From positions 12,894 to 76,893 of the forward strand of contig JALFUW010000073.1 of NCBI GenBank assembly GCA_022786995.1: DNA of 64,000 nt, given 5' to 3'. Under the pieces are notes generated by a model. That model was not told the DNA's origin, ran no database searches, and was given only the letters and a program-made list of their open reading frames with translations. Within the stretch, counting starts at the first letter, position 1. Every line of letters begins with the position of its first letter. Below are positions 56,705 through 64,000 of the stretch, piece after piece. The stretch is from Clostridiales bacterium (lineage in GTDB: Bacteria > Bacillota > Clostridia > Oscillospirales > Oscillospiraceae). Position numbers and translations under genes: made by a program.

Positions 56705-57843
56705 GGAAAATCAGGGTTGTTTTTGTGGAATACCAGCTGGTCTGCGGCGGCGCGGAACAGGCGCTGTTCGACCTGATCAGCCTTTTGGACAAGGAGCGGT
56801 TCGAACCATCCGTCTTTGTCCAGACCCCCGGCGGAACCTGGGAGAAAAAATTCACGGATGCCGGGATTCCTGTGATTCATGACTACGACTGCCGGAAGCC
56901 AACCCTCAACCCCCTGCGAAAGCTGGGAAATCTTGTAAAAAAGTGCAAGGTTGCCAAGGCAAACCGTCAGGAAGGGAAGGGGCTGTTGGATGTCTGCCTG
57001 CCGGAGCAGCCGGATATCGTGGTGTCCTATAACGCCTGGATGCAGGCGGAGATCGCCTTTGTCAAGGGCGCCAAAAGCGTGAAGTATATCCACGGCGACC
57101 CCGGCACCAACCCGGTATACCGGCAGGAAGCCACCGAAGAACAGGATTTGCTGCGGCGGTATGACCGTATTGTCTGCGTTTCTCGGGCGGCGTGGATCGC
57201 CTTTCGGGAACTCAGCGGCCTGACGGGGCAAACGGAGCTTCATTACAATCCCTTAAACAGCGACAATGTGCGCAGCCTTTCCCAACAGCCGGTAGAATTG
57301 CCGGGTGATCTTCCAATGATTTGCGCAGTGGGCCGTCTGGCGGAGGAAAAGGGCTTTGAGCGGCTGCTGGTGATTCACCGGCATCTGCTGGATCAGGGAA
57401 TCCGGCACCGGCTGGTGATCGTCGGCGACGGCCCGGACAGGGATTTTCTGCCCCGGCTGGCAAGGGCGCTGGATATTCAGGATACGGTGATTTTTGCTGG
57501 CTATCAGGCGAATCCCTACCCGTATATGGCCCGGAGCCGGTTTCTGGCAAGCTCCTCCCTGACCGAGGGCCTGCCGGTGATTGCCATGGAGGCTCTGAGT
57601 CTGGGCATTCCCATTGTGTCCACGGTTCCCTCTGTCGGCGAGGCTTTTGGAGAAGAATGCTGCGGCCTGATCACGGAAAACAGCGTGACCGCGCTGGAAG
57701 AGGGCATTCGGAAAATGCTGACAGATGACGTGTTTTTTGGGAAGCTGAAGGCCGGCGCGGAGAGAAGAAGCGCGTACTTTGACGGAAAACGCATGATACG
57801 GGAAATTGAGGAAATGTTCGTTTCTCTGGTGGAAGCGAACTGA
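56701..57843 (+). CDS. GT4 glycosyltransferase
   Basis: GGAE, VGRL.EEKG, NPYPY and EGLP...MEA motifs. Confidence 0.9.
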   Translation: MRKIRVVFVEYQLVCGGAEQALFDLISLLDKERFEPSVFVQTPGGTWEKKFTDAGIPVIHDYDCRKPTLNPLRKLGNLVKKCKVAKANRQEGKGLLDVCLPEQPDIVVSYNAWMQAEIAFVKGAKSVKYIHGDPGTNPVYRQEATEEQDLLRRYDRIVCVSRAAWIAFRELSGLTGQTELHYNPLNSDNVRSLSQQPVELPGDLPMICAVGRLAEEKGFERLLVIHRHLLDQGIRHRLVIVGDGPDRDFLPRLARALDIQDTVIFAGYQANPYPYMARSRFLASSSLTEGLPVIAMEALSLGIPIVSTVPSVGEAFGEECCGLITENSVTALEEGIRKMLTDDVFFGKLKAGAERRSAYFDGKRMIREIEEMFVSLVEAN

Positions 57844-57857
57844 AAGGAGGGGTTACC

Positions 57858-58835
57858 GTGGCACAGATCAGCGTGATTGTGGCGGTGTACAAAATGCCGG
57901 AGTATCTGCCCCGGTGCATCGAAGGAATCCTGAATCAGACCTTTCGGGATCTGGAGCTGATTCTGGTGGATGACGGCAGCCCGGACAACTGCGGAAGTAT
58001 CTGTGACAGCTATGCTTCAAAAGATCCCCGGGTTCATGTGATCCATAAGAAAAACGAGGGTGTCTGTGTCGCGAGAAATACGGGCCTTGACTGGGTATAT
58101 GCGCATTCGGACAGCGGGTGGATTTTCTTCCATGACAATGATGACTGGATTCACCCGCAGACGCTGGAGAGGATGCTCCGCGCCGCGCTGGATTTGCAGG
58201 CGGATATCAGCATCTGCGGCTATCAGGAAACCGGCGGCGAAGACCCGGAGCTTCCGGCGGATGCCTTGACCCCGGAGGTCTGGCTGCCAAAGGACTTTTA
58301 CATCCGGCGCCACGTCAACGCTACGGTGTGCTGGGGAAAGCTGTACAGCCGCCGGGTTTTTGAAGGAAAGCGCTATCCCGCGGGGAAATACATTGAAGAC
58401 GAGTTTTTGACCTACCAGCTCCTGTTTTCCTGCCAGCGGCTGGCTGTGATTCCCGCTGCGCTGTACGCCTATTTTGTCAACCCCGCCGGAATCTCCCGAA
58501 AAGCGTGGGTGCCCAAGCGGCTGGACGCATGGGAGGCCTTTGAGCAGCAGCTGCAGTTTTTCCGGGAAATGGGGGACGAAGAACTGGTTCGCTTCCGCTA
58601 CCGGGAGTATCTGGAAAACGCGGTACGCTATTACGACGCGGCATTGAACGCACCCAACGTTTCCGAGCTGAAGCCCCAGCTGCGGTGGATGAAAAAGCGG
58701 ATTCGGGATTTGATTCGCCGCTGCCGGGAGGCACAGGTGCTGGAATTCTGGCCGGATTATGAGATGCTGAGCCGGTTTTATCCGGCAGCGATGTGGTGGC
58801 AGCGGATGCTTTGGGAATGGAGAAAAGAAGGGTGA
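57858..58835 (+). CDS. GT2 glycosyltransferase
   Basis: ISVIV, LILVDDGSPD, FHDNDD and EDEF motifs. Confidence 0.9.
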   Translation: MAQISVIVAVYKMPEYLPRCIEGILNQTFRDLELILVDDGSPDNCGSICDSYASKDPRVHVIHKKNEGVCVARNTGLDWVYAHSDSGWIFFHDNDDWIHPQTLERMLRAALDLQADISICGYQETGGEDPELPADALTPEVWLPKDFYIRRHVNATVCWGKLYSRRVFEGKRYPAGKYIEDEFLTYQLLFSCQRLAVIPAALYAYFVNPAGISRKAWVPKRLDAWEAFEQQLQFFREMGDEELVRFRYREYLENAVRYYDAALNAPNVSELKPQLRWMKKRIRDLIRRCREAQVLEFWPDYEMLSRFYPAAMWWQRMLWEWRKEG

Positions 58836-58840
58836 GAAAA

Positions 58841-59815
58841 ATGCCGGTAATCAGCATTATTGTCCCGGTTTACCGGGCGGAAAAATATCTGAATGATTGC
58901 GTTGACAGCATTCTGCGCCAGACCTTTTCGGATTTTGAACTGGTGCTCATTGAGGACGGCAGTCCTGACCAGAGCGGCGCAATCTGTGACGAATACGCCC
59001 AGCGGGATGAGCGGGTTCGTGTGATTCACCAGCCCAATCAGGGCCAGGCGGCGGCGAGAAACCACGCTCTGCCAATGACCCAGGGAAAGTGGCTGTGCTA
59101 TGTGGACAGTGACGACACCATCCACCCCCAGATGCTGGAATACCTGTATCGGGCGGCAGAGGAGAGCGGCGCGGGGATCAGTATGTGCTGTTTTCTGGAA
59201 GCGCCGGAGCAGCCGGAGGGCTATGAACAGAGCGTGGACTTTTCCTATGAGCTTCTGACCATGGACGAAAAAACGCTGACGCAGCTTCATGATCAGGATC
59301 TGTATCCCGGCTGGGTGGCCTGCGCCAAGCTGATCCGCCGGGAGTGCGTGGAAGGCTACCCCTTCCATACCGGCCGGGTCTACGAGGACAACGAGGCGGT
59401 GACCCGGTGGCTCCTGCCGGCAAAGACGCTTGCCATGCTTCCGGCACAGCTGTACTTTTACCGCACGAACCCGGAAAGCACCACAAAGAGCCGGTTCAGC
59501 CTGAAAAAGCTGGATTACCTCTGGGCGCTGGAAAGCATGATCGGCTACTTCCAGTCCGTGGGCTTCCACACCCTTGCCCAGCGGTTTCTGGAGCGGTATG
59601 TGGAAGCGGCGGCCTCTGCCTGCTACGGCGTTCGCAACGAACTGAAACGCCCGGAGCTGGTAAACGGTATCCTGTCGGATACCCGGAAATTTCTGCGCAG
59701 GGAGAATTTGCGGCTGACCCGGCGGGAGAAGCTGAGCCTTTTGGAAGCGGCGCATCCCAATACCATGGGACGGTTCTGGAAAATCGCGGAAAAAGTCAGA
59801 AAGCTTTGGAAATAG
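58841..59815 (+). CDS. GT2 glycosyltransferase
   Basis: ISIIVPVY, EDGSPD and YVDSDD motifs. Confidence 0.9.
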   Translation: MPVISIIVPVYRAEKYLNDCVDSILRQTFSDFELVLIEDGSPDQSGAICDEYAQRDERVRVIHQPNQGQAAARNHALPMTQGKWLCYVDSDDTIHPQMLEYLYRAAEESGAGISMCCFLEAPEQPEGYEQSVDFSYELLTMDEKTLTQLHDQDLYPGWVACAKLIRRECVEGYPFHTGRVYEDNEAVTRWLLPAKTLAMLPAQLYFYRTNPESTTKSRFSLKKLDYLWALESMIGYFQSVGFHTLAQRFLERYVEAAASACYGVRNELKRPELVNGILSDTRKFLRRENLRLTRREKLSLLEAAHPNTMGRFWKIAEKVRKLWK

Positions 59816-59830
59816 CCGGGGAGGGACAAA

Positions 59831-60601
59831 ATGGCAATCCCGAAAGTGATTCATTACTGCTGGTTTGGCGGAAATCCCAAGCCGAAGCTGGCAGAAAAGT
59901 GTATCAAAAGCTGGAAAAAGTACTGCCACGATTGGGAAATCCGGGAGTGGAGCGAGGATAATTTTGACTTGAGTACTGTTCCGCTGTATGTTCGTCAGGC
60001 CATCGAGGCCGGGCGTTGGGCATTTGTAACGGATTATGTGCGGCTGTGTGCCCTGACGGAACGGGGCGGTGTCTATATGGACACGGATGTGGAACTGGTC
60101 AAGCCCCTCACGCCCTACCTCCACCATCGGGCCTTTGCGGGCTTCGAGCACCCCCAGCGGGTGCAGACGGGCCTTCTTGCTTGCGAAAAAGACTTCCCCT
60201 TATTCCGGGAATTCCTTCAACATTACGATACAGCCAGCTTCCTGCTGCCGGACGGCACGCCGGATACCACCACCAATGTGCAGGTGCTGACGGATCTGTG
60301 TCTGCGTCATGGCCTTGTGTGCAATGATTCCCTGCAAACCGTGGCGGGGCTGACCATCTACCCCAAAGAGGTGTTCTGTCCGGTGGATTTTGATACAAAG
60401 GTGCTACGCAGAACCCGGAAAACCGTGGCCATTCACTGGTTTTCGGGCTCCTGGCAGACGGAGGAGGAGCGGCTGTATCTGGAAGCGGAAGCCAAACGGC
60501 TGGCGGCGGAGCGGGCAAGCGCGCGCCGTGTCGCCATCGGCACCCGCCTGCTGGGGGAAAAGGGCTATGAAAAGGTCAAGTCTCTTTTAAGAGGTAAGTA
60601 A
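59831..60601 (+). CDS. GT32 (DXD, Och1-like) glycosyltransferase
   Basis: IPKVIHYCWFG, WAFVTDYVR, GGVYMDTD and H.F.GSW motifs. Confidence 0.92.
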   Translation: MAIPKVIHYCWFGGNPKPKLAEKCIKSWKKYCHDWEIREWSEDNFDLSTVPLYVRQAIEAGRWAFVTDYVRLCALTERGGVYMDTDVELVKPLTPYLHHRAFAGFEHPQRVQTGLLACEKDFPLFREFLQHYDTASFLLPDGTPDTTTNVQVLTDLCLRHGLVCNDSLQTVAGLTIYPKEVFCPVDFDTKVLRRTRKTVAIHWFSGSWQTEEERLYLEAEAKRLAAERASARRVAIGTRLLGEKGYEKVKSLLRGK

Positions 60602-60602
60602 T

Positions 60603-61568
60603 ATGGCGAATATCAGCGTAATCGTGCCGGTCTATAAGGTTGAAGAATTCTTAAGCCGCTGTGTGGACAGCATTCTGTGCCAGAGCTATACGGATTTTGA
60701 ACTGATTCTGGTGGATGACGGCAGCCCGGACAACTGTGGACAGCTGTGCGAAGATTACGCCCGGCGAGACAGCCGGATCCATGTCATCCATCAGGAAAAC
60801 GGCGGTCTGTCCGCCGCCAGAAACTCCGGCATCGACTGGGCCTTTGCGAACAGTGCCAGCCGCTGGCTGGCCTTCGTGGACAGTGATGACTGGGTACACC
60901 CGGATTTTTTGAAGGTGCTCTATGAAACGGCGGAGCAGACCCTCTGCAAGATCAGCGTCTGCGACTTTTTCCGCACCTCCGGCGAGGATTTCCCGGAGCA
61001 GCCCTACAACACCGCCATGCGGATTGCCGCGGCGGACTTCTACTGCGGAGACTACCAGAACGGGCAGACGGCGGTGGCGTGGAACAAGCTCTACCACAAG
61101 TCCCTGTTCAAGAAGCTGCGCTACCCCGTTGGAAAGCTTCACGAGGATGAATTCACCACCTATCAGGCGGTGTATCAGGCGGGAACCGTGGGTGTAACGC
61201 CCATGATTTTGTACGCTTATTATCAGAATCCGGGCGGTATCATGAAATCCCCCTGGAGCCCGAAGCGGATGCATACCTTGCAGGCGTTTGAGCAGCAGAT
61301 TGCCTTTGCCGGAGAGAAAAAGGATGAGCGGCTGCTGAAAAAGGCGTCGGAACAATACCTGTTCAGCAGCTACGAGCAGCTGCAGCAGGCGCCGGTGGTA
61401 TTCGCCAAGGAGCTGCGGAAAAAGCTCAGGGAGGCTCTGAAGCTGACAGAAAAGTGCGGCAGCTTCCGGCTCAGCTGGAAAACCCTGTGGGCATATGAAG
61501 CGGCTTATCCCTGCAAGCCCCTATGGTGGCTTCTGTCCAGACTCCACCGGGAGGAGGAAACAGCGTGA
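60603..61568 (+). CDS. GT2 glycosyltransferase
   Basis: ISVIVPVY, DDGSPD, FVDSDD and HEDEF motifs. Confidence 0.9.
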   Translation: MANISVIVPVYKVEEFLSRCVDSILCQSYTDFELILVDDGSPDNCGQLCEDYARRDSRIHVIHQENGGLSAARNSGIDWAFANSASRWLAFVDSDDWVHPDFLKVLYETAEQTLCKISVCDFFRTSGEDFPEQPYNTAMRIAAADFYCGDYQNGQTAVAWNKLYHKSLFKKLRYPVGKLHEDEFTTYQAVYQAGTVGVTPMILYAYYQNPGGIMKSPWSPKRMHTLQAFEQQIAFAGEKKDERLLKKASEQYLFSSYEQLQQAPVVFAKELRKKLREALKLTEKCGSFRLSWKTLWAYEAAYPCKPLWWLLSRLHREEETA

Positions 61569-62536
61569 ATCAGACCATTTCTGTGATTGTGCCGGTATAT
61601 AATGTGGCGCAGTACCTTTCCCAGTGCGTAAGCAGTATTCTGTCGCAGGACTATGGGGATTTGGAGGTCATTCTGATCGATGACGGTTCCACGGATGCTT
61701 CCGGCGAAATCTGCGACCAATACGCGGCAAAGGACAGCCGTGTGCGGGTCATTCACCAGAAAAACGGCGGCGCGGCTGCCGCGAAAAATGCCGGTCTGCG
61801 CCTTGCTTCCGGGGATTATCTGGCGTTCGCGGACAGCGATGACTATCTGGAACCGGGGGCCTACGGCTTTCTGATGAAGACCTTGCTGGAAACCAATGCG
61901 GACGCCGTGCAGGGCTCCTTCCGGGAGGTTTACCAAAACCGGGCGGAGGAACAGCATATTCAGGAAGAAACGCTGGAAGGCTACGATTACCTTCTGCGTT
62001 TCCCTAAGGATTTTTCCTGCGCCCTGCTGTGGAACAAGCTGTACCGGCGGGCCATTTTTGACGGCGTTTTCTTTGAGGAGGGGCACAAAATCGACGACGA
62101 GTACTTCACCTATCAGGGCTTTTTGCAGCCGAGGAAGGTGGCGCGGGTTGACCGTATCGTCTACAACTACCGCAAGCGGGCTTCCAGTGTTATGAGCTCC
62201 CCGGAATCGGCGGAGCGGCTGGTGCTGGACTGTCTGGACAGCGCGGCAAAGCGGCGGCAGAAAATTCTTGACACCCTGCCCGAACTGCGGGAACCCTTTG
62301 ACGAGAACTATCTGGACGTAATCTGGTATCTGTCCGGCAACGAGGGCAGCACCGAGCGGACGCTGAAAGCCCTCAAGGACAGCCTGCGCAATTATTTGGG
62401 GGAGAAGGGGAGAACCTTCCCGCCGGTCTATTTGTGGCGGGGTTTGGCAAAACTCTATTTTGTTCCCACCCCCAGACTGCTGGCTCTCTGCAAACGCACC
62501 TGCAAGCAGATCGATCTGTCGGATTATTTTGGTTAG
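61565..62536 (+). CDS. GT2 glycosyltransferase
   Basis: ISVIVPVYN, DDGSTD and FADSDD motifs. Confidence 0.9.
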   Translation: MNQTISVIVPVYNVAQYLSQCVSSILSQDYGDLEVILIDDGSTDASGEICDQYAAKDSRVRVIHQKNGGAAAAKNAGLRLASGDYLAFADSDDYLEPGAYGFLMKTLLETNADAVQGSFREVYQNRAEEQHIQEETLEGYDYLLRFPKDFSCALLWNKLYRRAIFDGVFFEEGHKIDDEYFTYQGFLQPRKVARVDRIVYNYRKRASSVMSSPESAERLVLDCLDSAAKRRQKILDTLPELREPFDENYLDVIWYLSGNEGSTERTLKALKDSLRNYLGEKGRTFPPVYLWRGLAKLYFVPTPRLLALCKRTCKQIDLSDYFG

Positions 62537-62549
62537 CGGCAAATAATAC

Positions 62550-62577
62550 TTGCAATTTCGGAACTTTTTGGTATACT
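62550..62577 (+). promoter_or_regulatory. sigma-A promoter of prfB
   Basis: TTGCAA-N16-TATACT with extended TG. Confidence 0.6.
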
Positions 62578-62608
62578 GGGTATCGGTAATTTGACGAAAT
62601 GAGAGAGT

Positions 62609-63742
62609 ATGGCTATGAATATTGAATTTGACGTGTATAAGCAGAAACTCAACGACTGCCGCCCCGCACTGGAGGGCCTTGCGGATTCTCTGAACGTGGA
62701 GGGCCTGCGCAGCGAGCTGGAGCGGCTCCACGCCATGCAGGAGGCCCCTGGCTTCTGGGACGACCCGGAGAAGAGCCAGAAGATCGTGGTGAAGACTCGG
62801 CAGACGGAGACAAAAATCGAGCGGTACGAAAAAATGCTGTCGAACTGGGACGATCTCATGACCATCTGCGAAATGGCGGCGGAAGAGGATGACGACTCCA
62901 TGCTGGAGGAGTTGAAGGAAGGGTACGAGAAGCTGGCGGAGGATATGGAATCCTGCCGTCTGGAGACCCTGCTCACAGGCAAGTATGACAGAAACAATGC
63001 GATCATGAGCTTTCAGGCCGGCGCCGGCGGCACTGAGGCCCAGGATTGGTGCCAAATGCTTTATCGGATGTACACCCGCTGGGCGGAGCGCCACGGCTTT
63101 GAATACCAGATCCTCGACTATCAGGAGGGCGACGAGGCCGGTATCAAGTCCGCTTCCATCATGGTGACCGGCGAAAATGCCTATGGCTTCCTGAAAGGCG
63201 AAAACGGTGTCCACCGGCTGGTCCGGGTGTCACCCTTTGATTCCAATGCCCGCCGTCAGACCTCCTTCTCCGCCATCGAGGTCATTCCTGAGATCGCCGA
63301 TGAGTCCGAGGATTTTGAGATCCGTCCCGAGGACTATGAGATGCAGGTATACCGTTCCTCCGGCGCCGGCGGCCAGCACATCAACAAGACTTCCTCCGCC
63401 GTCCGTCTGATCCACAAGGCTACCGGCATTGTGGTGTCCTGCCAGACCGAGCGGAGCCAGTTCCAGAACAAGGAGACGTGTCTGAAAATGCTGCGCTCCA
63501 AGCTGGTGGAGATCCGGGAACGGGAGCATTTGGCGAATATCGCGGATATCAAGGGTGTCCAGCAGAAGATCGAGTGGGGCAGCCAGATCCGTAACTATGT
63601 GTTCATGCCCTACACGCTGGTAAAGGACACCCGCACCGGCTGCGAGACATCCAACGTCAATGCCGTCATGGACGGCGCTCTGGATCCCTTCATTGAAAGC
63701 TACCTGAACTGCCTGGCTACCGGCAGCTGGATGCAGAAATAA
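62609..63742 (+). CDS. prfB: Peptide chain release factor 2
   Basis: SPF stop-recognition motif, GAGGQ, GAGGTEAQDW and WGSQIR.Y; single continuous ORF. Confidence 0.96.
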   Translation: MAMNIEFDVYKQKLNDCRPALEGLADSLNVEGLRSELERLHAMQEAPGFWDDPEKSQKIVVKTRQTETKIERYEKMLSNWDDLMTICEMAAEEDDDSMLEELKEGYEKLAEDMESCRLETLLTGKYDRNNAIMSFQAGAGGTEAQDWCQMLYRMYTRWAERHGFEYQILDYQEGDEAGIKSASIMVTGENAYGFLKGENGVHRLVRVSPFDSNARRQTSFSAIEVIPEIADESEDFEIRPEDYEMQVYRSSGAGGQHINKTSSAVRLIHKATGIVVSCQTERSQFQNKETCLKMLRSKLVEIREREHLANIADIKGVQQKIEWGSQIRNYVFMPYTLVKDTRTGCETSNVNAVMDGALDPFIESYLNCLATGSWMQK

Positions 63743-63763
63743 GAAAAAAGTGAGATTCAGCCC

Positions 63764-63792
63764 TTGAAATTTGCATGGCCCTGTGCTATACT
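63764..63792 (+). promoter_or_regulatory. sigma-A promoter of secG
   Basis: TTGAAA-N17-TATACT with extended TG. Confidence 0.7.
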
Positions 63793-63877
63793 ATACGGGC
63801 TATTATGAAATTCCTGGTGGTATCCACCAGATACCATTCGCTTTTCCGCGAATACAGGCGGAAGGAGGTTACTGAAA

Positions 63878-64000
63878 ATGGAGATTCTGAAGACTGTTCT
63901 GATCGTTCTGGAGGCCCTGTGCTCTCTGGCGCTGATCGTTGTCGTCCTGATGCAGTCCGGCAAGGAGGCTGGCCTTTCCAGCACGTTCACCGGCGCGTCC
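63878..64000 (+). CDS. secG: Preprotein translocase subunit SecG (5' part, runs off window)
   Basis: AAGGAGG SD; MEILKTVLIVLEALCSLALIVVVLMQSGKEAGLSSTFTGA (TM + LxQ.GK..GLS). Confidence 0.88.
   Translation, partial: MEILKTVLIVLEALCSLALIVVVLMQSGKEAGLSSTFTGAS

Noticed and set aside
29880-62536. Phase-variable homopolymer tracts, invertible promoters or frameshifted genes in the glycan locus
   Set aside because: No long simple-sequence tract, no IR-flanked promoter and no recombinase seen; all ORFs appear intact

Overview
GC-rich Firmicute chromosome segment (Clostridia, probably Oscillospiraceae-like, judged from gene content and codon style). From left to right: (1) the end of a sortase/pilin cluster (1-1660). 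(2) A ~4.6 kb 'scrap' island (1.8-6.4 kb) stitched from fragments of at least nine unrelated genes (SpoVB-like flippase, serine recombinase, lipoprotein, aconitase-like hydratase, IS630 transposase, MobV relaxase, SDR, AraC, plus two orphan gene starts). It also holds an excisionase, the 3' half of tRNA-Cys (att site) and several structured non-coding elements. (3) Housekeeping/metabolic genes: def, DUF5131, YwlG-like, PIG-L deacetylase + GPH symporter, PepV + Ala-Glu epimerase, a ktrB-ktrA-orfX-kdpD-kdpE potassium locus, a BMP-type nucleoside ABC transporter, aminopeptidase P, AEC transporter, CIRCE-controlled hsp20, ZIP transporter, degenerate ccdA and trxB. (4) A ~33 kb, 31-gene surface-glycan locus in two modules (Wzx/Wzy with FucNAc synthesis and LicD; Wzm/Wzt with a deacetylase and 12 glycosyltransferases). 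(5) prfB without the usual +1 frameshift, and the start of secG. No CRISPR array, rRNA or complete tRNA was seen. All product calls come from recognising motifs by eye; no database search was run.
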